A stretch of DNA of 64,000 nucleotides from Mytilus californianus (taxonomy: Eukaryota). Location: positions 93,868,001 through 93,932,000 of the forward strand of contig NW_026262734.1 of NCBI RefSeq assembly GCF_021869535.1. The letters run 5' to 3'. Below are positions 12,601 to 25,584 of this stretch, piece by piece. Made by a program: the position numbers and the translations under genes. Within the stretch, counting starts at the first letter, position 1. Every line of letters begins with the position of its first letter. The notes below the pieces were generated by a model, which saw nothing but the letters and a program-made list of their open reading frames with translations, ran no database searches and had not been told where the DNA came from.

Positions 12601-15600
12601 ATGTAAAAATATACTGACGGACTTTAAATGCACAGCAGAAGATTATTCTTGTTAATTTTCATTTTCAAAAATGCAATACTCGTAAAATAAAACATAAATT
12701 TCATTCATTACTTCATTGTCTATATTAAGTTTACAGTTCGAAAGTTGAATTGACTACGTCGGGTTTTATGTTCAAAGCATGTGGTATGCAATGAAACCTT
12801 CGTTTTTTTCCTTATCAATGAATGTGTCATCGTCGAAGGAATTGACTGCATGTAATCAACGCCTAAATAATTGAAAAAAAGTCTACCAGTTTTGTTGGGC
12901 ATGTTTTAAGTTCTGTTTTGTCCCTAAGTAAAGTATGGTTATGGATTCTTAGAAATGCTTCACGAAGAAAAAAAACCTTAACAAATCATTCTTTGCTTTC
13001 AAATCTCGCTTTAAGAAAATCGTCAATTATCCGGAATGTTCAACATATACATCAACAAGACACTTAGTACACATGTTGTTTGTGTGGTGAATACAACGAG
13101 TGTTACTGTTGTTTGTTTTTCTTTGTTCTACAGGTTGTTTTGCCATTGCGTACTATGTTTGTCTTCGACTTATGAGTTTAAATATCTCTCTCTTCCGCAT
13201 CTCTTTAAAATCATATGACAAATTATCATTTTGATCCCAATTTAACGGTTCACTGTATGTACATGGACATGGGATAGTGCAAACGTATCATGATGTCCTA
13301 TTACCCTATGAATACATATTGTTGTTCAAAGAAATTGGTATAAAACCGATTGTAAATAAAATTAAACATGTTTTTGATAGTTTTTTTCCATGTTTACATA
13401 TCATGATAAATTATTAAGTTATAGTTGATTTTTTACTCAATTTTATCATATAAACAAATACGTTTGAATAAATAGGATGTTTCGTTAAGCAACATTAAAA
13501 CACGATTATAGTGGGTTAAACCAATGCCATGAAAGGTGATAAATTATTTACATTTATAGCTATAACTCCATATGAGTAAGACTTTAACAAAGATTAAGAA
13601 TTACAACGAACTAACAGAATGTATATTTTCATATTGAAAAACCATGACTGCTTTCAAATATTTGTTTATGAACCGGCTTTTTTTTTCTACATGCCGATTT
13701 CATTATTTATTCCTATAGGTTAACTTCATACTGGGGTTTTTGTAGAAAAAGGAAAGAAGCCGGCGTTTGCTTTTAACTTCGCGTTCCTCTATATATGTTC
13801 TTTCACTTAAAAATAAAAAGTGTGATGAATATATTCATTGCATGTATTCAAATAAACTTTAGATATAGGTCATCATTACTTGCATCTGAAAATTGACAAT
13901 AATGGTCAATTGAAAACTAAATTTCATTACTTATAACATAATTTCAATTTTTGTGCAGCAACATTACAGCAGCGGCTGTATACGGATTTATTATCACCCG
14001 GTCGATACGATATTCCAGGGCTTTTCCTTTCACGCTCTTTTATAGAAAATTGTTGCTTACAAAACAGTCATTCAACCAAGGGTTTCAAATGGTTAAGGTC
14101 AAGTCATCCCTATAAAAGTTAAACCGGACGACATTAATATTGCTCCGCAATAAAATATAAGTATCACAGAGGAACAGGGATGTGTACACGTTGTCGTAGC
14201 CAAAACGCCGTATTCTGCAACGCCGAATGAGACTTGTCACCTATTGTTAACTAAAATCAGTAACATAACGGGTGCCAGAAACTTGTGATCCTACCGCATA
14301 ACCTGGGCTTACGCCCCGCACCCCTCCCCTCCCCCACCACCATTTAAGGATGTGTGTCACTAAATCTTTTATGTAGTGGTATGTGGACTGTTGTTTTCCT
14401 TTTTTCTCTTTTGTTTTGCAAGGGTGATGTCTGTTTTTACAGAATTGTGAATCAAACGAAAAATCAAAGCAAAGGATGTATACTTTCGTGCAAACTTGAG
14501 TAGCTATAGAACTCATTGAGACCTAAAGAGAATAGCCAATTTCACCTAACACCAAGTTTGCCTGGAGGAGTTAGAACTTTAATTTCTTAGCTATTTCTTA
14601 TTATGTCAACATTACCCACCCTCCACCGCATTGCAAGATTTCAGTTCAATAGGAGAAATTAATTACTATTCTGTTCACTTTAGAATCAAATGTTGCTGTG
14701 TAATGATTACTTTTAATTAGTTGGGTTTCAAATGTTTAATTATTACTAAAATAACATTATTTCCAGGTTTTTGCAGACAACTTTTTTAGTTGGAACATTA
14801 TCTATGTTATATGTTATATTTTCATTTGTAAACTGATTCGCTTTTTACAATATAGCAAAATGATATGAAGATATATTTATAACTAAATTTTCCCAAAATA
14901 TACTGTTACTATTTAATTTGTGGGTATATTCTGCAGGGAGCATATCTTTAAATTTTAATTGTAAATCAAATTGAAAGGATTTATTATTTCTTTGCCAATT
15001 TTAGATGAAACGTGTCATACATGTATTAAATACTTCTAAATTTTGACCAAATTTTATTATGCACATTTACCATACTCTTTATAGAAGGAAGTGAACAAAA
15101 ATTAACTTCCATTTAATATCAGAATTTCTTGAAGGCTCTTTCACTGGATTTGGACGGATGAAATAATCCAATAAAAATATGGCATAGAATAAAGCAGGGA
15201 GAATTTTATGCAGCAAGAAAACCCTTAAATGCCATTTACATCTTCTTTGAAACTACTGAGCTTTTTATCATGTTTATATCACATCTTTTTTGAAACCACT
15301 GTTTTAATAACAACATTTTTGAAATAAAACAAATTTTATATTGCACTTCCTATGAAAATTTAGGATTTTTTTTATTGCAGGTCATTTGTTTTTATTGTTA
15401 GTCCTTTTTGCAATTTCTGGTACTTTACACTTATTTTATTATTTTTTCTAATCTTTATTTATATTTGATTTTTTTGTAAAACTTTACTTTAAAAAGAAAT
15501 TGTTAAAGTATATAAAAACGGGTTTCAATGCAGAAAACAGTATACAAAACTTTAACATGTTTAAGCTTTTAGACGTTAACATTATTTATAAAAAGCTAGA

Positions 15601-17030
15601 AATTTAGAAGAATGTTTATAACATCTCAGATGATTAGCCAATTTACTAATCATAATACATGTAATAGCTATAGTTCAAAACTGTGCAGATCATGATCAAT
15701 CACATGACCAATACAACCCTATGGCCAACCTACCATGATACTGTTTTCTATATATCACATTTTAGATATCCAGAAATCTAAACCATCACCTGGATACATG
15801 ATAAAATTGCAAATATTAGCAGGATAAAAGTGTTCATTCGTTACTTTTTTTTTTGAGAAAAGAAAATGATAATGTAACAGTTCATATCAGTGTGACATTA
15901 TCGAATCGAATCCATTAATTGTTGTCATATCCAGTGAATTGCTATGTCATACCCGGTAAATCATGCTGTCATATCCCAGGGGTGTATTTGGCCTTAAGAG
16001 GCTAAAAACCTTTTTTCAGCTTGGTATTTTATAATTTTGGTTAAATATTTCTAATGTCTATTCCAACGTTTCATTCTGATCAAAGAATTAGAATAAAGCT
16101 TTAGCTTGGAAAAACCCACACTGACCCTTAATTCTATCAGAACACTATCGATGACCATTTAGTATTATTTTAAGCATGACAGATGTAGCGCTGAACAACC
16201 ACACTGACCTTGCGAATTTTTTTCGATGTATAAGACTGCACATCATCCTCAAGGTGAGCTGTGGTATTTATGATGTTCGGATCCTGTATCATTGATGTAT
16301 ACTCCACACCTAATTTCATTCATAAAGGAAACTTCGCCAAAACCATATTCAGGTTTTAATGTTTAATTGGTAACCCTCACATGCCAATTAACATTACTGG
16401 GAAATAGGAATCGGCCTTAAAATTACTACTAAATGGCCCAATTGCTTTCTATATTAAATCCCCAAATTTCAAGCTTTCATAGCTCTTATGTCTTAAGGTC
16501 AAATAAAGTGACACTCATTCCATGTCAAACAAATACTAGAATTATCAAAATGCTTTACATATTATAACAGGTACACCTATGTATGGTATTCGCAACAAAC
16601 ATAGTCTATAAAGTTGCCAAACTTCAAATCGTCCCCGAGTCCAGAAAAGTCGCAGAAAAAATCAATCAATATATCGAACATTTGTCATCTTACATTTGTA
16701 CTTTCTCGAAACTACTTTATTTAGAATAAACCACATGTTTCATAATCTTCGTGGTTGTAGGTCCCATGACTCAAGTTTCCGATTCACAAACAAATGCAAA
16801 AAAGATTTCTTTTTTTTTATCAAAATGACATATCTATTTCAAATTCAATGTAGACAGATATGTTATAAGTGTTACTATTAAAATTTAATTTTAGCACATC
16901 ATCCTAATCGATATAGCATAAATTACAAAATCAGTAAAATTGATTTAGTACAAATTTAATTATGGAGATAAAAAAAGACTTTTGAGTCAGTAAGCACGAA
17001 AAATGCAATGTTCCATATTTTTTTAATATT

Positions 17031-17419
17031 CTATTTTATTTTTACAATCGTAAAAGTCGACGAATGTCCAGATGGAATAGTAATGCCAGATTTAATATTT
17101 ACCCACACTTTATCATTAGAACGTAGCTGTCGTGCTACAACAAGAGTACCGGTATGTTGCATTGACGAAGGATTATTACTGTCATTACCAATACTTGTGT
17201 ACGATATCTGAACCCCATTCAGGTAAATATAGTAGAACGCACCATTGGTACCAGAGAAGATTGATGTAGAAATCAAATACAATCCCTCTCTCTCAATCAC
17301 GAATTTCCCGGTACTTTTATACGTTGACAGGTTATTGATGCCAATGCTGAACTGGACGTCGTTAAACTTTACTATGCCGGATGAAGTTGTATCCGATGCA
17401 GGATGAGCGCTCATGGCCA
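17031..17419 (-). CDS. C1qDC gene B, terminal exon encoding an intact globular C1q domain
   Basis: Acceptor ttttttgcag|TG (phase 1). VAMSAHP...IVKFNDVQFSIGINNL..YKSTGKFVIEREGLYLIS...STFTIVKIK-stop with no internal stops. Confidence 0.9.
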
Positions 17420-18099
17420 CTGCAAAAAAAATGAAAGCATCTTCATTGCATCTTTGTCTTTATATGATATTAACAGTGAAAACCACTATGATATGTAATA
17501 TTTGTGATATAAACTTTATGTCTTTTTTCTGAAACATCTATGAAAATCATATCAAGCTCTTGATATCATTTCACTTAGGTTTCTTTTATAACTTAGGTTA
17601 CTTCATTTCGATGAACTGATTTCTTGTTTGCATCGTAGGTTTGTGATGATCACAGTAAAATAAATATTGGCAGCTACATAACATAATCAACGTTAAATGT
17701 ATTCTCATATTGAGTTATTTGGGATTTTTTTAACCTGACGAAAAGGTCATTACTTATGGTATGCTTCTTAATGTTAGACCTTTGATTGACAGACTCTAGA
17801 ATATACTGACCAAGAACAAACTAAACAATTATTTGTATTATTATGTATGTCAGCATTTGAATTTCACAAAATTCTGATAGCTTTCTGGAAATAATTTAAG
17901 CCAAATAAACAAAAATCCTTACATGGATTAGCTTAGAAGCATAAAACATATTCATTTCTGTCAAAAACTTCATAGATTAACCATCAATAAATCACTTACA
18001 AAGTTTGATCAGCGAAACATCAGATAAATGCATGTGTATGAGACTATGTAAACAAAGCCCTCACTCAATTCATAGAACGTATAAACAATAAATCACGGT

Positions 18100-18205
18100 C
18101 CTTTCTGTTGTAAATACTTATCAAAGATACTAGCTTTATAATTTTCTACCCAGACGTGCGTTTTGTCAATATCAGTCTCATCAGTGGCGTTCGTTTCAAA
18201 ATACA
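18100..18205 (-). ncRNA. Decayed type I hammerhead (retrozyme relic)
   Basis: Minus strand: acgcca-CTGATGA-gactgatattgac-AAAA-cgcacgtc-tgggt. GAAA is mutated to AAAA. Confidence 0.6.
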
Positions 18206-18786
18206 TTATTATTAAATGAAGCAAGAGTTTATTCAAAACTTACTGTCTTGCTTAAATATTTATCATTAAATCTAATTTTACGTGGCATAATGAATTATGA
18301 AAAAATGAGATTCAGGTCAACCTTTCAGATGTTCATGTACACATGAGTCAATCAATATAACAATTGTAGTTGATTTGTTTACATGTAGTATCTGAGAAAC
18401 AAACTTTGTTTCACATTTTGTCATGCCTGTTATAGCTTACTATTACGTATATGTTTGGCTTAGCGAAAACAGTACGGTGGGTGTTCATATATGTGTCATA
18501 TAGTCTATAGGTGTTTCATTGGCAATCTCACTACATTTCCTATTTATTATTATCCCGAAAACCTTAACTTGACCAATGCATCATGAAATGAGATTAAGGT
18601 AAGATGATACCTGTCAGACGGACATGTACTACGTTCAATCATTGTATACATAAAAATTGTTGATCTATTACTTATATCTTAAACCAATCACATTTTTGAT
18701 GAACCAACCATGTGATTAAGGTCAGGTGAACCCTGTCCGATCGTCTAGGACTAAACCAGTCACGTGCTTAAAAAACTAAATATGAT

Positions 18787-19100
18787 TTAAGGGTATCACC
18801 AGTCCGAAGTCAGCACTTTTGGCATAAAATGTCATATATGTTCATATTCTGTAAATTTACTTTTTATAAAATGTTATTAAACTAATAGTATTCGAAACAT
18901 CAAGATCTTTTTCCCCCATACATAGTTTGCCTGAGCCGTATTTGGCACAACCTTTTGGAATTTTTGGTTTTAATTGCTCTTCAACTTCGTAATTGATTTG
19001 GCCTTTCAACTGCTTTTATTTGAGCGCCACTGATGGGTCTTATGTAGACGAAATTGGCGTCTAGCATACCAAATGATAAACATTCGTATCTTTGATGAGC
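18787..19100 (+). mobile_element. Retrozyme-like monomer relic with decayed hammerhead (core 19025-19066)
   Basis: gcgcca-CTGATGG-gtc ttatgta gac-GAAA-ttggcgtc-tagca. The body is homologous to 63590-63820. Confidence 0.65.
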
Positions 19101-19974
19101 TTTTTTTGCAGCAGTCACTAAACCACGAAATGCAGCTTAGAACAACGGACGCTTGGTAGACGGAAATTTCAGACCATAAAATATCTGTAAACAAGATATG
19201 TTGTCTGATACACATTGGATACAAAAGACTGATTTCACAGGAATGTCAGCTTCTTATTTAGAGATGCTGTAGATCAGAGCTGCAATTACCAGCGTATCTT
19301 TATTTTTATCCGTAATTTTGTGAATTAGATGTTAATGGTAGGTCGTTGATTGCTTCTGTTAAATGGATCCACAACTCTAATTCCATCATCTTTTATCCTA
19401 ATTTCCTCAGGCAATATTGACCTTTGATGTACTTTGCTTCGCTAATCTTTTTTTATTTTTGCCTATTCATACATCATTGACTGTAACTGTTTTGGGTTTG
19501 AGTGTTTTTAATGAAGGTCAATTAGGAACAAACCTTCAGACGCCCCAAATTAATGAAGCGCTTTTTTCATTCATAGATCCATGACGATTTAAAAAGTCTG
19601 TATGTTGCTCTGTAGAATTATGCCTTTTGGTTATTTTGTCGATTGTTTGATTTTTAGTTGATGAATAACCCCATACTCATTTGTTATATCAGAATTTCTT
19701 GATGAACATGTTTTGAAAAATATAATGCGATCGTTTAAATTAGCAAGAGCAAAACACGAAATAATCATAGTTTAAGTTTCCGCTATATATTGGATAATCA
19801 ATAATGTAAAACGTTTGGCGAATGTCGGATGCAACCTTTTATAACCTAAATACATTACTTAGAGTAAAGACAGCATTTAAAATCTACAGCGGGATAGAGA
19901 TGCGCATTGAGATTGACATGGATGTTTCTCAATCTAAAGTGACAAAATACGGCTGCATTATGAGTCTGATCATT

Positions 19975-20245
19975 TAAGGAATGACTGTAATTTTTTTTCT
20001 GTCTATGAAGAAATAACATCAAAAATGAGGTTCACACTGAATAACTCGCGTAGGTTGTTTCGAATTGACAGAAAAAATATTACAGTCATTCCTTATAATT
20101 TAATTCTAAATTCATTTTTAAGGAGTAAATCATGAAAAAAAACGTTGATGACGTCACGGTCACATGATAAAATTATGTCTATGATCTGAAAGACAAAAAA
20201 CTTTCAGCCAATCAGAAGACGTGATACATCCAAAATTAAATTATT
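19975..20245. mobile_element. Palindrome-headed ~270-bp dispersed element, copy 1
   Basis: 29-bp inverted repeat 19975-20003 / 20067-20095, then a unique tail ending aattaaattatt. Near-identical copy at 38325-38600. Confidence 0.75.
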
Positions 20246-22364
20246 ATTTATTAGTTTGGAAGCCTGCAATGATCCACCTAGGTGTTTTATATTACCACTT
20301 TGGGCAGATAATCTCCAGGTTAAGTATGTATATTGGGAAACGGCCATGGAATCACATTGTCGCATATGGAATTACACTGTCGCGTATGTAAACCACATTT
20401 TAGTGCGGTCTTACATTGAATTATTTTTAAAAGTTTCAATATGTTTTCATCAGAAGGGGTGACATGGGACACACTTAGATATTTTTCTTAAGTTGATTTT
20501 TGCAATATCATTGACTGCGGCTGCTCTTGATTTTGATCTCCGGCGCAGAGCTGACATCCGCTCCGTCCTTACATCGTATCACTACACTGAATATGACCTC
20601 TGCCACACATTGTAGTGTAGTGTACCGAGTATAGGGAACAGAAACGAGCGCTGTACGGAGATTGAGTTTTGTATTGCCGTCTGACAAACACACACGTGTA
20701 AATTCGTGTTGGAATCCATATAAAATGTTGTTGTTTGTAATCGACAAAACCAAAGATGTGTTTAAAGGGTATGGCAAATGAAAATCTTCCTTGCTTGTTA
20801 GCCTTGTAATGATATTATCGTGTCTAGCTGTAAAACTGGTGTTGTTAAGCTTCGGCGGGTGTTGTAGAATCCTTGAATCACAATTGGTTAAGACCTTATA
20901 AATTTCTAAAAACATCTAGGTAGGTCATTAGTCTCATCATGGTGGTTGCAACACTTGGATCATTCAAGTACTCTTTTTGTTGTCCAGATAGTCTTTATCC
21001 AATGCTTTTGAATAGGTACATGACACCATTGTTTACAAGTGACACTTGGTTTCCGTCTGCATTAGCTGACTATCATTTTTCAAAAGACAACCTTCTACCA
21101 AGAGATAACTTTTAGATCGATAGACAAATCCTGTATTTCAATGTTTATGCGTATTCTGCACCAGAACAAGGGAGCCACATATTGCGGTTCGTATTCGTAT
21201 ACTTCATATTCACAAAGACTTTCATCAATCAAAAGACGAAACCTTCGGTAATGTTAAATATTACTGACATACTTTATTTGTTTATATTAATTGACGACGT
21301 CCAATAGTGTAGCGATGCATGTTGTTTAATTCTTCTTTGTCAGTGTTGGGAGGACATAGAAGGTTCCGCAATACTGTTAAATCTAACGCGTTGATGTTGT
21401 GTCATGGTTTTAAATGGCTTGCTGCATTGTACAAAGTTAGATAACGAAAGTGCTTTGGGTTTCTAAATCCGAGATTACTCTGACGTCCAACGGCTGTTTT
21501 GCCAGACAAGCTGGGGCCGTGGGACGTCAGAGCTCGTCCCATATCAAAAAGTGGATATTTGCCCGTCCAAAATAGATGCGCTGCTTCGTCGCTTCTGGTG
21601 CAAACGTAAGGCCTTGGAATTATATAAATCGGGTATCAATTTGTTCATTTTTCATTTTTCTCTTCATTTATGTAAGTTTCACCTACCTGCCACCCTTTAT
21701 TTTCTCAAATTTAGACAGTTTTCACAGTGACCCATCGATTCAGACATTTTTTACTTTTATTTTCAAATGGACATCAAGTTACGAGAGATTTCGCGACCTC
21801 GAGACTCAAATATGCAAATATTTATACTTTTTTCACCTCCTTTATAGGAGATCGATATTTAACATTTAGTAGCCAACCACGATTTTTCACCTCCTTTACA
21901 GGAGATCAATATTAAGCATTTAGTGCCAACCACGATAACATTCGGAAGCTCTCGGATATTTACATTGCTTGCATCGTAAATGAGCGAGGTGTTAGATTAT
22001 ATATTCATATTGACCTAGGGTCATATGCATACATCATTTCCCATAGTCCATTGTGCCTTACTTTTTTCTCGTGATCACATGACAATCTTTCAAAATGAAA
22101 GTCAAAATGCCAGAATCGGTATTTAAATATACAATTCCTTGATTGTATGATGACCTGCGAACTGATCTGTTTTAGAAAAATTTTGTCAGAACATCCAACA
22201 AATTTGAAAAAATGAAATGGTGGGACGAAACTTGTATCCTATTGGTTATGGTTTCAAAATCTGATCATACCGGCAAATAATTCAAAATAATGGTTATCAT
22301 GAAACCAGTTATATTGAGTTGTATAAAATTATGCTTAAAGAAAACAAAATAAGCGTGTACTAAC

Positions 22365-23301
22365 CTTGTTGCTCATCTGTGGTGATTTTCTGTTGAATAT
22401 CGTTTAATTTTTGTGTTGCACCATTTTGAGCTAAAGAGAGTTGTTTGAGTTCGGCGGAAATCTGTTTGTTTTTATTTGCAGTTTGTTTAGTCTCATTTGA
22501 AAGACCTTTAATTGACATTTCGTTATCCTGCATTCGCTTTAGTAATCCATGGACGTTTTGACAGCATGTGTTTGACGTGGTGCTCAAAGAATGAAGGATT
22601 GCCTTTATATCGTCAGTCTTTTGACCTACAGAGCTAATATTTACTGAGACAGATTTCACAAAGACATCCATCTTATGCTTTAATTGATTTGTTTCATTAT
22701 GACAGACTTGAATTTCCATTTGCATAGAAGAAAAGTTTTGCTTTGCCGATCCATTATTTTGTAGTTTTGATATCTCCCTGTTGATTGTATTAATGTCACG
22801 TTTCAGCTGAAAAGTGTCATTTTTATTTTGGTTAATTTCACTCTGCAGAACTGGATTATCCTGGTTTAGTTGAATGATGTTCTTTTTTAGTTGGAAATTT
22901 TCTTTTTGAAGTAGGACAGTCGAAGTTTGAAGTTTTGTGGTCACCAGTTGAATCTGAGAAACTTCCAGTTGAAGGCGTGTATTGTTTTGCAGCATTCTGT
23001 GTTAGCTATTTGCAAATGTAACACCTCACTCTGTTGTTTGTTCATGGATTCCTTAAGATTTATGATGATATCTTTCAAATGGGATAGTTCTGCCGAAGGA
23101 ACATTACCCGTAATGCTCAGTCTAGTCAATTCTTGCTTCACTGAGATCATTTCGGAACTTAGCTGGAGCACTAACTGTTTATAATGTTGGTCCGTCATAG
23201 AATTGCCATGGCTACCAGTGGAAGAGTTTGTCAGCAAAAATCCATTCGACAGAGAAATCAAAACCCAACTAATAAATAAAACAGATCTTAAAACCTCACA
23301 T
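22365..23301 (-). CDS. C1qDC gene B, signal peptide + coiled-coil exon with one frameshift near 22994
   Basis: Hydrophobic VLRSVLFISWVLISLSNGFLL and heptad-rich ORFs 22941-23261 and 22360-22995, offset by 1 nt. Donor caag|gttagt at 22365/22364 is phase 1 and matches the acceptor at 17419. Confidence 0.75.
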
Positions 23302-23844
23302 CTTTCAATTTTTAAATTGAATAGGTTTAACTGTATCGGATAAAGTACAAGAAACGGGATACAAATACTCGTGCCTTTGCTTTATCTTTTGGGGCATTAT
23401 CAGTAAAACGTTAGTATATGGGACATCAAATATTACATTTGTACCTTAATTCCCTTTCATATTATGAATGTCACTTGATAACTTTGTTGATTTTCGTATC
23501 GTTTATAATTTGTTATCAGTAAACTTTTAGAACACCAGACATGACGGTATGGATGTGGTTTACAGAATAGAGAATAATGGTCTTAAAAGAACAGAATAAA
23601 GGACAAAAAAATTAAAAGAAAAAACAAGGCAAAAAAATAAAGAATAGAGAATCATAGGGTGTTAAATCGCAATGAATTAATAAAAATAAAATGGTTTGAA
23701 AATTAAAGAATAAAGGAAATAAAGGACTCCATCCGGACCCTCAGATATTGCATTGTAAATTATGATATTTCCCCTGTACTGTATACACGTTACGTGATAG
23801 TTGTATTAGCATTTGGACAATTCTTTGTTTTAAGTTATAATAGC

Positions 23845-24100
23845 AACGGTACCAATTTTACGGCACCAGATGAGCAAATCGACATTGCGTGTCTATTCAG
23901 TCATGTTCAAAGCCAAAATATTTGAAATTCCAAAACTAAAACAAAAGTAAAGCCAAACCAAGATAAGGAATCAGACATATGTGTGAGGGAGATATATTAC
24001 TTAATTTAAAGATTTCAAAATTCACAACAGCAAATAAAACAATATCCGTATTTTCATGCCAATACCGAATTATTTGCTACTGGGCTAATGATACCCAACG
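23845..24100 (-). mobile_element. Second retrozyme-like family relic with decayed hammerhead (23863-23906)
   Basis: Minus strand: acatga-CTGAATA-gaca cgcaa tgtc-GATT-tgctcatc-tggtgc. Stem II is intact and the core is mutated. Confidence 0.5.
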
Positions 24101-24114
24101 TAAAATGTAAGTGT

Positions 24115-24575
24115 TAGTTCTTCAAATAATCATTATGAATCGTTGTTTAAACAGACTTGTCAGCAACACCCCTCTAAACGGAAGCATAAGCCTTGGAATA
24201 CCGTATCAACACGGACATATATACTACATATGGACGCCCTGCTGGAATGGTGCTACATATAAATGGGATTTATACAAAAGAAAATTTGATATCGTCTCTT
24301 TTGTCGTGAAGTTTATTTCTCAACCGACCCTTATAGTCAACTTCTAGATGTAAGTCAAGACGAGAAGAATATTTAGCTATATCTATATCATAGTGTCCAA
24401 ACTTTAAATTATTCAGTGAAGGGATGTCCTCTACATAGAGGAACTTGAAATGAAAGAGGAATGCCAGCTTTTTTTCTTTCGTATCGAAAAGCTCCTGTAT
24501 GAAGTCTGCCTCATCAGTATAAAAGATTAAGTCAGTAAGCAGGGGGGCAAAGGTGGTTCTGAAAAGTAATTGTGT
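24115..24575 (-). mobile_element. Decayed Naiad-type RT relic
   Basis: Minus strand: GTTFAPLLTDLIFYTDEADFIQEL...LDLHLEVD..GRLRNKLHDKRDD...YMSVLIRYSKA. Confidence 0.75.
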
Positions 24576-25584
24576 AAAAATATTTTATACTATTTCACGA
24601 GGAGAGGGACTTCGGTTTTAAGTTATCTAACAGTTCATTGGTTTTTTAACTCTCAATATCTGAATCACACTACCTCTTGAGTATGTAGTTTCACATTTAT
24701 TCTGAAGCAAACTGTGTGATCGCTATAATAATCGCATTACCCGTGGACCTTTTCCCTTCAAATGAAAAACAAAAGATACATAATGTACAAGGGAGAACGT
24801 AAAACGTGTTTGCTGTCAAGAAAACTAAAATGCTGTATCAAAGCATGCACATATTTACTGAAATAAAGCTCAAAGTACAAGAAATTAAACCGCTGATATA
24901 ATATCATGGTATTCTTCATTCAAACTATACTTAAGGATTATATACACCAACGTCATAAACTGTACCGAAAGACAAAATCTTGACCACAATAGATTTGTAG
25001 GAAATTTCAGTGCATAAAAAAAAATGAAGAAATAAAACATTTTAAAAAGCGATCTAGTAGTTATCCGAAAAACTCAATGGCTGATATCGGCGAATAATAT
25101 CATTGGTAAAAAGGTGTACAACAAAATCAACATAACAAAAAGAGATAAAGACAAACTGTAGTCCATAAATCACTAAACAAATTAAAGAAAACGATAGATG
25201 TACACAAGAACAACGGCAATTACATATTAAATAAGTATTTCAAGACATACCTAAAACACCATCTACACAATTGTTCTGTAAAATTAAACATACTGAATGA
25301 CTGATAAGAGTGTCAAGAGGGAAAACACATCACATGAACACAAATGAAATGTGTTTTAATCAATGAGGCAGAGACAATGTATTTTCAAACGGGAATATGT
25401 GTCAAGAGGAATTAATTGCCAAGCTCATACTATCATTTCTTGTTGCTTGAACTTTAAAATCTGGGTCAAAATATTAATCTTGCATATTCTATTAAAGTTC
25501 ACATCATAATGAACTTTTTTTACTAAGTTTCAAAATTGATGTGATCACAAATTCATTGTGATCTACATAATTTCAAAACTTTAA

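Noticed and set aside
15940-16420. ggcc|ttaa ends with repeated tgtcatatcc motifs as a transposon
   Set aside because: No partner inverted terminus was found.
24470-24525. CTGATGA...GAAA on the minus strand as a hammerhead
   Set aside because: It lies inside RT-coding relic sequence (YTDEADF) and lacks proper stems II and III.
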